Shown here: one piece after another, positions 1 to 10,690 of the stretch
Layout of the letters: each line of letters opens with the position of its first letter
Position numbering within the stretch: position 1 is the first letter of the stretch
Assembly (NCBI GenBank): GCA_040285825.1
Contig: JAUPSS010000012.1
Span: 186,001 to 250,000 of the forward strand
DNA length: 64,000 nt
Direction: 5' to 3'
DNA from: Eukaryota sp. TZLM1-RC
Taxonomy: Eukaryota > Protista > Metamonada: BaSk clade
Translations under genes and position numbers: made by a program
Notes under the pieces: model-generated
The model's database searches: none
What the model was told of the DNA's origin: nothing
What the model saw: only the letters and a program-made list of their open reading frames with translations

Positions 1-2242
1 TTGCTTCCTATTTTCAAAATTTAATGTGTTTGAATTATGTTCCTCCGCCTGAATTGACTGCTGCCCGTTTAGTTGCTTTAGTTAAACCTGGTAAAGGTGA
101 CAAACCTGATGGAGTTAGACCAATTGCTATTGGAGAGTCATTAACCAGATTGCTTTGTTCGCTTATTTTTAACAGAATTTCTACTAAAGCAAAGGATCAT
201 TTGAAGCCTTTCCAATTTGGTATAAAAACTGTTGAGTGTGCTTCTGTTGCTTCAATGACTTCAGATGTTTTTTTCAATAGTCAACAACATCAATATATTT
301 TCAATTTGGATTTCAAAAATGCTTTCAATTCTGTGAAACGTAATTGTATTTTTGATTCGCTTCTTCAAGATTTTCCAGAACTTTCTGCATATTTTTATTT
401 ATTTTATGGAAAAAAATCAGACTTAATTTTTGACTCCTTTACCCTTGAATCTTCTTCTGGTGTGAAACAAGGTGATCCTCTTGGCCCTTTGCTGTTTTGT
501 TTGGCTATTCATATTATTATTAAAATGACACAACAAGATTTTCCTGATTTGCGCATTGTTGCCTTTATGGATGACATTTCTATTATTGGTTCTTTTGAAA
601 GCATTTCTATGGTCTCTGAAGACATTGCGGCGAAATACAAAGAAATTGGATTATCTTTGAACCCATCTAAATGTCTCTTGATTGGTAGAGGAAAACAATC
701 TTTGATGTTTGGTAAAGCTCAGATTCCTTTTATCAATTATGACCAACAAGCTTTTAAGTTTCTTGGATGTTGGCTTGGCAATTTGGATGAAATTTATTCC
801 CAGTTAAACAATTTATTGGAGAAGTTTGACAAGGATCTTAGTTTTATTGCTGAATGTGACAATGAGAAACACATCAAATTTTTTATTTTAAAAATCTGTT
901 ATTCTGGAAAATTCACTCATATTTTAAGGTCAACTCCCCCATCGGTATCTCTCAATTTTTGCAGATCTTTTAACAAACTTCGAGTCAAATTTTTTTCTTC
1001 TTTATTTAGAAGTAAATGAATCTTTAATTCGAAGTCATGTATTTTGTTCAGCAGATTTGGGTGGAATGGGATTCACCAAATCTTCGATTCTGTGTAAAGC
1101 AGCATTTTTGGGAGGTGGTAAAAATTTTGTTTTTGAATTTTTCCAAAGGTTCCCTTTTGATGTTCATCTGATCAATGGTGAATCAAATTTTTACTTGAAT
1201 CAACTGGAATTTGAATTAGAAAATTTGCCTAGTGATATCTGGATTCAGTGTTTTCCTCAAAATGTGCAAGAAATTCCCACCCGATCACTTCCAAATTTAC
1301 GTTTTTTGCTTGAAAAAGCTTCAGCACCATCTGGTTAAATTATATGAAGTCTTGGATTATGAAGTAAGACTTGGCTTGGCCAAAACTAAAAATCCCGCTT
1401 TCGGTAATTTTTTAAAGGATAGTCGTGATAGTTCAGCTGCTGCTTTAGTAACTCAAGTTCCCTCTGTTTATGGACTTTTGTTAAAAAACAATGAATGGCT
1501 TCTAAACATGCGTTTTCGTTGTTTTCTGTGGCCAAACAATTTGCCCAATCATTTAACTTGTAAATGTGGTAAACCTCTTTTGTTTACTCATCTTTTGAAC
1601 TGTAAACATTTCATTACGTTTAGAAGCAAAGTGTATAATAACGTCAGGGACCAAATTTATGTAATGTGCAAATCATATCGAGTAGATTCCTTTTTAGTAC
1701 CGCTGTTATCAAAATTAATTCTTGATGATCCCAATATTGATAGTACGCGTTACAACAGAGCTTCTATGGGTTTGACTAGAGGTGATCTAGTTGTTCCTGG
1801 TTTAAATGGTAGTTTTACTATTTTGGACGCCATGTCTATTGACCCTTGTAATTCCTCTAACGAACATCTCATTAACTCGGATGTAAATAATCCTCTTCTT
1901 GCAGGCGAAAAATATAAAATTGCTAAATATGCGAAACCCATTTCCTCGGTTAATGAAAATTCTCATGCCCAATATAATTTATGTCCATTTGTTTTTTCTT
2001 TGCTTGGATCTCTAGATAAGGCTGCTATGGCTTTCCTTGAGGATTTTGTTGTAGTTGTAAAGGAAAGACCTGGAAGAATTTTCAATCGTGTTTACTGGCA
2101 AAACAGGATTGTATTTTCTATTTTTAAGGGAATGGTAAAACTAATTTCTGATTCACTATCTTCTTTTGGGAAATTTTCAGAATCTTTAGCAATTAATCGT
2201 TTCGATGTAGGGGAGGCAGGTTTTGAGGATGTGGAGTTTTAA
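1..2242 (+). mobile_element. CRE-like non-LTR retrotransposon (RT + CCHC + restriction-like endonuclease), family A, frameshifted, 5' end outside window
   Basis: ORFs 24-1019, 1057-1338 and 1232-2242 join into one polyprotein. RT motifs are VRPIAIGE, LDFKNAFNSV, GVKQGDPLGPLLF, AFMDD and FKFLG. These are followed by GGMGF, a CKCG..HLLNCKH knuckle and the RLE core RGDLVV..ILD..KYKIAKY. Breaks near 1010 and 1305. Confidence 0.9.
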
Positions 2243-2261
2243 TTGAGTATTTCATATTTGT

Positions 2262-2490
2262 TGTTTTTTTTTCACATAAATCTCTTTCTTCTCTCTCTAC
2301 TTTCTTCAATGCCAATCAAGTTAATGATCTAGATTTAGATAGTATAGATCATTCGGAATAAAAGTTCACTTTGGCAAATAGTGTAATAATATAAACCGTG
2401 ATGAGAGGAACAATTGCGTGATATTACTGAACCGAACTACACTAACCGAACGTTCGTTTGAACAAATCTTGGTTGGGCGAACCAGTGCAA
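2262..2490 (+). mobile_element. Internally deleted copy of the BED-finger element at 9030-9629
   Basis: Shares collinear blocks with the minus strand of 9030-9480: cataaatct..actttcttcaatgccaa, tgaYctagat, gaataaaagtt, gtgtaataRtataa, gatattaMtgaa and ccgaacgttcg. Confidence 0.55.
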
Positions 2491-2930
2491 GTATTCTTGT
2501 TGGGTGAATTCAACTAAATAGACATCATTGTTGACATGGTAAATCAAAATTGAGGATGTTAGAAATGATTGAAAAACTTCAAAATTGAAGAAATATGTTC
2601 TCAAGAAGTAATTAATAACTGAACCTAAAACGTGGGAAACTATTTGAGTTTTTTGGAAGCAATTGGCTACAACGTGATTATCAATGTTCCAAATTAATAT
2701 TACTTAGTGCTACCGCTTATGTTTTCACTAATTTGTATGCGTACTGTTGTCAGGTCAAATGTGACAGTATTGAACTATTCAATTAACATGATATTACTAT
2801 TACAAATTGATAAATTCATTGTATTGGGGGAATACATTGTCATTTACACCAAACTCAACCAAATTGACTGTTACCAATAATATCAGACCCAATTCAGCAG
2901 ACCAAAATAATCAACTACAAAACAGCCACA

Positions 2931-3344
2931 TTAGCTATTGTGAAACAACTCATCTAGTTTTTTAATGAACGAAGGAGCAATTTCCTCGGTTATTACACTC
3001 TGTGGTGTCCATGATGGATTCTTTACCACAAAGTTAAGAAATAGGTCTTCGAAAGAAGATGTTGTCAGCGGTGATATGGAAGTAGTATTCGGATCTGTGA
3101 TGACGATGACATGGTATCCGGTGGCACTTTCATAATGATGCATACAATAAGAACAAGTTTTGACTACTGAAAAGGTATCTGTTTGGACAGGAGCTCCTAG
3201 ACTTACTCCAGTTTTGATTGCGTTTATAAAATCAAACATAAGATGTTGATCCTCCACTGGATCCAAGGCTTGATGTGTGCGATTCCATTCACGATAGAAT
3301 AGACACTTACCCTTTCGATTAAATAGATAATAGCAGTGGAACAT
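2931..3344 (-). CDS. TRAPPC1: TRAPP complex subunit 1 (Bet5, sybindin-like longin)
   Basis: 137 aa. YLFNRKGKCLFYREWNR, MHHYESATGYHVIVITDP and FVVKNP match the Bet5/TRAPPC1 pattern. Confidence 0.88.
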   Translation of the reverse strand: MFHCYYLFNRKGKCLFYREWNRTHQALDPVEDQHLMFDFINAIKTGVSLGAPVQTDTFSVVKTCSYCMHHYESATGYHVIVITDPNTTSISPLTTSSFEDLFLNFVVKNPSWTPQSVITEEIAPSFIKKLDELFHNS

Positions 3345-3374
3345 TGGTAAATTGAAAACCTAAATTGTCATTAA
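3345..3374. promoter_or_regulatory. Candidate minimal bidirectional promoter (30 bp between divergent ATGs)
   Basis: The divergent start codons at 3344 and 3375 are separated by tggtaaattgaaaacctaaattgtcattaa, which contains TAAATTG twice. Confidence 0.55.
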
Positions 3375-5567
3375 ATGTCTCTTCAAGCTGCAAAAACGCC
3401 AGACGCCTCCTTGGCCGTCGTCAACAAAGTCTGGTTACACCCCAACGATGTGGAAACCATCTTTGGTAACGTACCAAAGCCAATTCTTGCATTGACTGGT
3501 CCGGCTTCTACAAAGCCTCTGTACACATTTGCTGGCTCCTCAGCTTCCATGCAAGAAGGCTCTGTTGGGCTCAATGACGTTCAACGCAAGTACCTCGGAA
3601 CTCCCCTCGGTCAATCTCTTTCCTACTCCAAACACGACGTCAGCGACTTTGGACCTCTTGACACCATTACCTTCACCATTGACAAACTTAAAAAGAACTC
3701 CTCTTCCTCCATTGATGCTTCATCCCTCGCTGACTACTTCCGCCGTCAGTTCCTTTACCACCCCTTTTATCTCAACCATTCAATGACCATCTTCTTCAAC
3801 AATTCCTACTATGTTTGTTCTGTAACCAATCTTCAAAAAGCCAATGTTGAACAGCTCTTATCACAAAACCCTTCGTCATCCCAATCAAAATCCACGTCAT
3901 CAAATGAAAAAGTCATTGGAATTCTCGTAAAGGGAACGAGTCTTTTGTTTGAAGCAGGTTCTTCTGGAATGACAATCAAGGGTCAATCAGATCAAAATCA
4001 ATCAAAAAATCTTCTTTCTGATGGATTCGACCCAGTCAAATTCGGAATCGGAGGTCTTTCATCTCAATTCCTTCAAATTTTCCAACGTGCCCTTGTTCGC
4101 AGAATGCTACCCCCTGAAGTCCTTACCAAACTTAACCTTCCCCATATCAAAGGTATACTACTGTATGGTCCACCTGGAACAGGGAAAACACTGACCGCAC
4201 GCAACCTCGCACGCGTACTTAATTGCAGAGAGCCAATTGTGAAGTCTGCGCCTGAAATTCTTAATAAATATGTAGGAGAAAGTGAAAAGAATGTTCGTGA
4301 AATGTTCTCTGCCGCTGAGGAGGAGTACAAAGAGCACGGAGAAGATTCTGAACTTCATGTCATTATCATTGACGAATTGGAAGCTATTTGTAAAGAAAGA
4401 GGCAGTACTAATGATGGAACTGGTGTAGGTGATAACGTCATCAATCAATTACTTGCCAAAATGGATGGAGTTGACGAGTTGAATAATATATTGATTATTG
4501 GAATGACGAATAGAAAAGATTTGATTGATAAAGCATTGCTTAGGCCAGGTAGATTCGAACTGCATATCGAAGTTGGTCTTCCAAGTTCAACGGGAAGGTC
4601 AGAAATCATTCAAATCCATACTCAATCACTTGTCGATAATAACCTTCTCGACACGACTTCTGAAGACTTTGCCAGTCTTCTCAACCATTTTGTCAATCTT
4701 TCCCAAAACTACACTGGTGCTGAGCTGGCAGGTGTTGTCAGGGCTGCTTGTGATATTGCTCTAAGTAAACATGCTGACATGAAGACTGGTGAAGTTAAAG
4801 ATTTAGATAAGCTGAAAGTAAGCAAAGAGGACTTTGAAGTTGCTTTTAATATGGTTAAACCTCAGTTTGGGCGGGATGAGAGCACTTCTAATGCTTTGGC
4901 GCCAAATGGGTGTTGTTCCTTTCCAGAATTTGATTTGGTTTATTCGGAGTTAAAATCATTTATTGATTCATTTAATGATGGAAGTTCACCAATTACTACG
5001 CTTTTGTTAGAAGGAGATCGTTTTACCGGCAAAACAGCAATTGCAGGCAAACTGGCTGATTATAGCAAAATCCCATTTATCAAATATTTGTCCATCAGCG
5101 ACCTTGACCACTACTCTGATGCAAGGAAATCTCAAGCTATTGCTACTGCCTTCCTGGACGCCTACAAGTCGCCATATTCAGTAGTCATTCTTGATGATGT
5201 AGAGGATTTAATGGGTTACATAAGAGTTGGTGAAGTCTTTTCTAGGGATATTTTCACCAGAATTAGAACCTGTATCAGAAAAGAGCCACCAATGGGTCAT
5301 CGAGTTTTGGTTATTGCCACCACATCTGAACCAGTCCTATTACGAAGGTTGGGGTTAATATTTGACGAAGTTGCCCAAATTCCCCTTATTTGTTCTAAGG
5401 AATCAGCCAGGTGCGTTCTCAAAGAAAGTGGCTTTGTTGAGAAGTTTAGAAATGACGGGGATGATGGTTATTTCACAGATTTGGAAAAGTTCTTTGGGGA
5501 GTTTCCATTACCAGTTTCTAATTTGTTCAGTGACCGCTTGAAAAACAAGAAAATGGATAATGAATAG
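3375..5567 (+). CDS. NSF: Vesicle-fusing ATPase NSF/Sec18
   Basis: 730 aa. Contains GIGGL..IFQRA, the D1 Walker A GILLYGPPGTGKT, PEILNKYVGESEKNVR, LHVIIIDE and LLRPGRFE. The D2 domain has FLDAYKSPYSVVILDDVE. Confidence 0.95.
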   Translation: MSLQAAKTPDASLAVVNKVWLHPNDVETIFGNVPKPILALTGPASTKPLYTFAGSSASMQEGSVGLNDVQRKYLGTPLGQSLSYSKHDVSDFGPLDTITFTIDKLKKNSSSSIDASSLADYFRRQFLYHPFYLNHSMTIFFNNSYYVCSVTNLQKANVEQLLSQNPSSSQSKSTSSNEKVIGILVKGTSLLFEAGSSGMTIKGQSDQNQSKNLLSDGFDPVKFGIGGLSSQFLQIFQRALVRRMLPPEVLTKLNLPHIKGILLYGPPGTGKTLTARNLARVLNCREPIVKSAPEILNKYVGESEKNVREMFSAAEEEYKEHGEDSELHVIIIDELEAICKERGSTNDGTGVGDNVINQLLAKMDGVDELNNILIIGMTNRKDLIDKALLRPGRFELHIEVGLPSSTGRSEIIQIHTQSLVDNNLLDTTSEDFASLLNHFVNLSQNYTGAELAGVVRAACDIALSKHADMKTGEVKDLDKLKVSKEDFEVAFNMVKPQFGRDESTSNALAPNGCCSFPEFDLVYSELKSFIDSFNDGSSPITTLLLEGDRFTGKTAIAGKLADYSKIPFIKYLSISDLDHYSDARKSQAIATAFLDAYKSPYSVVILDDVEDLMGYIRVGEVFSRDIFTRIRTCIRKEPPMGHRVLVIATTSEPVLLRRLGLIFDEVAQIPLICSKESARCVLKESGFVEKFRNDGDDGYFTDLEKFFGEFPLPVSNLFSDRLKNKKMDNE

Positions 5568-5869
5568 TTTTGTATAGTTTACATTTATGTTTTTGATTCA
5601 AAAATTTTGATTTTTGCTTCATAAATTATTTTTATTTATTTATTTTTCATTGGTTGATTGACAGTGATTCTTTGAATTTTGCTTTACTTAAACCTGAAGA
5701 GTAAAACAAAAAGGTTGAACGGGTATAATTTAAATTTTCAACCTGCGTCTGGAACCGATTCTTCTAGGAATTAACTTCGATTTCATACCATGTGTTTGTT
5801 TTCCAACTAGCAAATAATGAATCCACTTTCATTTTGACACTATTTACCTCTGGTCTTCCATAATGACTT

Positions 5870-6134
5870 ATCAGTTGAAGCAGAAACTTTTTTGGATGAC
5901 TTCCAAAAAATGGTGAAAGAAAAAACAATGAAAAGATTTGATATTTTTTTATGGCGTTCACGGATTCAATTTGCCATTATTAATAGATTACCGCGGTTTT
6001 TCAATCGAATTAGAGAAGCTTTAGCTAGACAGCAAGCAAATCAAGATTTTGTAGAGGAAATCTTGGTTTAATGATAGTCGTCCCATTAGTTATGATTTAA
6101 TTTAATCAAGTGTGCAAATTCAATAAATTAACAA
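5870..6134 (+). mobile_element. 5'-truncated insertion of CRE-like family B with 10-bp TSD
   Basis: Near-identical to 16494-16753. Flanked by ATAATGACTT at 5860-5869 and 6135-6144. Confidence 0.85.
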
Positions 6135-6414
6135 ATAATGACTTGGATGATGAGTTTGGCTTTCTTCTCTTGCAACTTGATCACATGGAATTGAATTTGG
6201 GAGGTACTGTTCTGTGTTGTGATATTCCAAATTTAGGTTCAACTTGTCGGTCTTGGAAATCTACCGGATAGATGTTATTCAATTGCTAAACTTCATAATT
6301 AACAATTTCGAAAAGGTTAATTGAACTCAGTTGTAAGAAGATACTTTATTTTCATATTGTTTATTTCATTTTCATATCAAACTGGTTTGTTGTACAACAA
6401 CATGTTTCAACTTT

Positions 6415-7135
6415 TATTAAACTTACACAATTGACAAAATAAAGTCATTACTAATGGGACGAAATTCATTGAATCAAGATTTCCTCTACAAAACCTTGAG
6501 CTGCATGCTGTCTAGCTAAAGTTTCTCTAATTCGATTTAAAAACCGAGGTAATCTATTAATAATGCAAATTGAATCCGAAGGCGCCATAAAAATTATCAA
6601 ATCCTATCACTGTTTTTTGTTGAAGCATTTTATGGTAATCATTCAAAAAAGTTCCTGTTTCTACTGATAGTTTTACGTTTATCGAAAATGGGAAAACAAT
6701 AAAAACAAGTGGTCTATTTCTACCAGCATTAGTGTCTTTAACTTTGTCATATTTTCTATGTTTTTCTTTTGCTTTAAATTCGAGAGCACTTACAGGATTA
6801 AGTTTTCCTTTGTGAACCAAATTGTCATTTGCAACATTACATGAGACAAAGTCAACAACAGCTTCAGAGTTCTCAATAAAATCACAGTTTACATCACCTC
6901 TATCATCAGAACCAATATTTTTCAACGGCAATGTTTCCTTCAGCAGAGGCTCTTTGATACACGAGATTCTTGCAGTTCGTGCCATATTGAAAACAGTGTC
7001 CCTAACAGCATCATGTAATAAAGATCAATAGATTATCAATTAAGAACAATTTTGATCATGACGCAAAGTGAGGTGAGCTGAATGCGAACAAATACAATTT
7101 TCTTTTGATAATAATTGATCAATGGGGATAGTCAG
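6415..7135 (-). mobile_element. 3' fragment of CRE-like family B (RLE domain)
   Basis: ORF 6557-6985 (MARTARISCIKEPLLKETL..DRGDVNCDF..KAKEKHRKY) is a diverged copy of 16095-16649. Confidence 0.85.
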
Positions 7136-7149
7136 ATCTCAATTCTGTT

Positions 7150-7350
7150 GGAATTTTTACGTGTTTAATTTATCAAGTACCATGAATTTGTGGTTTGTTT
7201 TTGGGTGAACCTTGCTTTGTATTATCTATGCGTCATAGATATTGTGCTTGGTCTGATAATCTTGCCTATGGTTTAAATTGTAATTGTGGTAAGACTGTCA
7301 CTCCGACTCATATGTTTAATTGTAATCGTTTTATCTGTTTTAGATCAATT
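7150..7350 (+). mobile_element. Short CRE-like fragment (CCHC knuckle region)
   Basis: LSMRHRYCAWSDNL..CNCGK..HMFNCNRFICFRS resembles LNMRFRCFLWPNNL..CKCGK..HLLNCKHFITFRS of family A. Confidence 0.7.
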
Positions 7351-7410
7351 GATGTCAGATCTACGTTTGATGATCTGTGGGGGTTATGGTTCATGAGTTC
7401 CTAAGAATAG

Positions 7411-8105
7411 TGTGATTTAGTACGAAGTAAAATAAGTTTCTTCAACTTGAGCGCTAGAGCGCTCATTGAATTGTACATTAGACTAGAGTAAACTATACAA
7501 AACTAATCTAAAACTAATATAAACAGTTAAGCTAGCAAAGGCTAACACTGCCCTTTCACTTTTTCCAGCTCCGAGACCTAAAAACGACGAGAGCAAAAGG
7601 ATTGTTTGAATACCGATTTGCACGACGTTTTCGAGTAATGGACGAGAACGGAGAATTAGTCAAAGAGTTGGCAAAAGCTTTATAGGCAGCACTGTTATTA
7701 ACGGTGGATTTAGCTCAGTGGTGATGTGGTTACCAGGCTATTGGACTTGACAGTAATCACCATCCTGACTGAGGACCCTCTGTATAACGTGCTCTTCAAC
7801 ATAACCAACTGCAACCAAGGAACGGAATTCATCATCAGAAAGGAGGCCACAATTCTAAAACTGGAGGTGATGGTAGCTGGCTTTGATCACCATACCGGTA
7901 CACAAATTCTTAATGTTCACAGTGCAGGTAGAAGGGGTGTCAACTACTAGAAATGGGCCTTTGTAGTTACCATGCAGTTTGCCTCAGTTAATGAAGCACA
8001 CTTGACCAGTTGACCTGGAGAAAAAGGGTTAGCTTCAGGAGGATTCATTGAGGAAATGGCTATGGCGCTCAGGCTCTTCCTGTTTCTTCTTCAATCTCCT
8101 TAGGT
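7411..8105 (-). mobile_element. 3' remnant of a second Ty3/Gypsy family: integrase C-terminus, PPT and 137-bp LTR (7411-7547)
   Basis: The minus strand near 7920-7983 reads GKLHGNYKGPFLVVDTP, matching GKLHGCFAGPFLVEEV in the full element. A purine-rich GGAAAAGTGAAAGGGCAG directly precedes TGTTAG...AAATCACA. Confidence 0.8.
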
Positions 8106-8385
8106 CCTTAGGATGTTGCCATCATAAAACCAAAAGTCCACAGGTCCTAGCATACCGTCGTTAACACTGCCATAAATAACTTTATTGGCAAAGTCTAAGG
8201 AAACGGGGTATTCCTTGCCTTCAAGGCCAACAACAGTGTATTCGAACTATTAATGAGGTCCACTAAAGACAACAAGGAGAACAACAACAGTTGCAGTAGC
8301 AGCTACGCCACCACCAGCAATGATTCCGATCAAAGTGTTCTTACTGGGATCACAGGAGGAAGGGATAAACAAACGAAAAAGGCAT
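8106..8385 (-). pseudogene. Truncated paralog of the membrane-anchored protein at 58714-59481
   Basis: ATG at 8385 and a 31-nt GTTTG..CAG intron at 8344-8374 give spliced MPFSKNTLIGIIAGGGVAATATVVVLLVVFSG. In-frame TAA TAG follow, and the sequence then runs into the Gypsy remnant. Confidence 0.75.
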
Positions 8386-9029
8386 GAGGAGTCGAATTAA
8401 TGAGCAGTGATCGGACACCACCACGTGGTGTCACGTGGTAGTCAATTCCATTTCATTATTCCTTTCTCTTTTCTTTGTTCCAGATACCATGGCCTGGTCG
8501 CAAACACCCTGTATTTGGAAACATTTTTCCTAATAATGCTCATGATGAAGTGGAATATTCGAGAGGACGTCTACATGCCATATGTGACTTTTATTCATAT
8601 GGATGAATGCTGAAATAGTAAAAATGATGGAGAGAAGGAAGAAGTTGCAGAGGCAGTCAACGAACAGGATCAAGAAGCAGATTATTCACTGGATGAGAAA
8701 GTCCAACCGATCCTTGTTATTTCAGAAATCTTTATGTTTCGGAGGTCATTGAGGAGGAATGATATGATCGATCTCAAATGCTTTTTTCGTTCGAGAGTTG
8801 AGTTATGGGTTTTGTATTTGTTAGAATAAATAAACATGTTTTATTCATAATGATTTGACATATCAGAAAGTAACAGCATTTTCTAAGCTCAAACACCACC
8901 ATGTGGTTCAATTTTACCACTATGTGGACCACGCGGTGCCACCATGTAGGAAAAATTCCGAACCTTGTTAATGAGAAACAAAGTTGAAAAACTGTAAAGC
9001 AATCTTTTGATAGAATCAATGTAAGAATT

Positions 9030-9629
9030 AGTGAACTAGTTCGGCGAACGTTCGGGTGAACGTTCGGCACCTACTGATATGTTCGGTTAATTCGGCATCT
9101 CGTTTTGATTCATTAATATCAAAACGCTGTTTATCTCCTCCTTCCTTATACTATTACACTCACTATCAACCAACAAAGTAACTTTTATTCAGAAAGTTCT
9201 ACAACATCTAGGTCATTAAGCTAGGACAGTGTTTATATCCTTGACAGAAATGGTGGATAATTGAGTACATAAGGCATATCCAGCTCTATACTCCTTAATG
9301 AAATGGGAGGAAAAGCGACGGGCTGAACCTTTTAGCATTTTACTGCAGCAGCGGCACTGTGAAGTATTATTTTTGGACACTTTATCGCAATTATCGCTGT
9401 CCAAAAGTTTGTAAACAGGGTGCTTTGGCATTGAAGAAAGTTGATGTAAAGAAAGATTTATGTATGAAAACAGATTTTTAAACAATGAAATTTATTGTAG
9501 TAGTTGAAATAGGAATTTGGGAAAACATCTTTAAACAAAACTCTGTTGACACGTGTAAATGAACAAAAACTAGTTCGGCCGAAAAACTGTCAAGCGATCT
9601 TTTGATTGAATAATAAATACCACACCCTA
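9030..9629 (-). mobile_element. Non-autonomous DNA transposon remnant with BED zinc finger (hAT-like)
   Basis: ORF 9216-9485 has QCRCCSKMLKGSARRFSSHF (BED-like). The minus strand starts TAGGGTGTG at 9629. CCGAAC repeats cluster at 9038-9090. No partner TIR was found. Confidence 0.5.
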
Positions 9630-10205
9630 TTGTTGCTACTTACGCCTTACTGCTCTTCAATGGACAGTGGCATATCATGTGTATCTTCGTTGCCTTCTTC
9701 ATGAGTTATCACATTTGCTTTAATAGAATCGGAGATGACCATGTTCAAAACTATTCCTAATACTTACTCGTCCACCAAAAGGTTCATTCATAACCTCCGT
9801 TGCTCTCTCCTTAACCTAATGTTTCATCACTGTCAACTACAGAAAAACCAACACAAAATCGCAAGACTTCAGGATCAGAAGTTCTCCCATAATGTTAAGA
9901 ATCATTAACTTTTACGACTATTTTCATATTTTCACCTTCAGTTTACTCTGTACTCTGGTCAATTTCTCTGAAGGTACATATGTATGATGTCATTTGCTAT
10001 TCTTGATGACAGACTAAATCTGACCGGAGTGACCTTTACAAAAAAATAAATATAAATTTTTATAAATTGAACTAAACAACCAATAAAGTTGTGCAATATT
10101 ACATATTCACCACTATCAATGCACCAGTAGAAGTAGAGTCACTCTTGAAAAAGAACAAAATTTGTTTTAAAAGTTGCAGTTGGTACTGCTGCTATTGTTC
10201 CCGAG

Positions 10206-10409
10206 TTTTTATTTTTATTTTTATTTTTATTTTTATTTTTTTATTTTTATTTTTATTTTTTTATTTTTATTTTTTTATTTTTCATTTTCATTTTTTTATT
10301 TTTCATTTTTATTTTTTTATTTTTTTATTTTTATTTTTTTATTTTTTTATTTTTTTATTTTTTTATTTTTTTATTTTTATTTTTATTTTTATTTTTATTT
10401 TTATTTTTA

Positions 10410-10441
<32 letters not shown>

Positions 10442-10690
10442 ATTTTTTTATTTTTATTTTTATTTTTATTTTTATTTTCATTTTTATTTTTATTTTTATT
10501 TTTATTTTTTTATTTTTATTTTTTTATTTTTTTATTTTTTTATTTTTCATTTTTTTATTTTTATTTTTCATTTTTTTATTTTTTTATTTTTTTATTTTTC
10601 ATTTTTATTTTTTTATTTTTTTATTTTTTTATTTTTTATTTTTTTATTCTTATTTTTATTTTTTTATTTTTATTTTTATTTTTTTATTTT
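10206..10690 (+). repeat. 485-bp low-complexity (T4-8)A tract
   Basis: Degenerate (TTTTTA)n array with a few C and no G. Confidence 0.97.

Noticed and set aside
24-1019. Bacterial RT system (group II intron, retron, DGR)
   Set aside because: The RT is followed by a CCHC knuckle and RLE domain and sits among eukaryotic genes, as expected for a non-LTR retrotransposon.
2382-2804. MITE bounded by TGTAATA..TATTACA
   Set aside because: The inverted match is short and AT-rich, has no TSD, and the left motif is internal to the BED-element homology.
3383-4764. Small overlapping ORFs inside NSF (likewise within gag/pol and the giant gene)
   Set aside because: Shadow frames of real CDSs with no recognisable motifs.
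8245-8256. TAA/TAG reassigned to Gln/Glu
   Set aside because: Conserved genes end in TAA/TAG and multi-kb ORFs lack internal ones, so these are pseudogene stops.
9038-9100. tRNA-like GTTCG motifs
   Set aside because: No cloverleaf; these are CCGAAC subterminal repeats.
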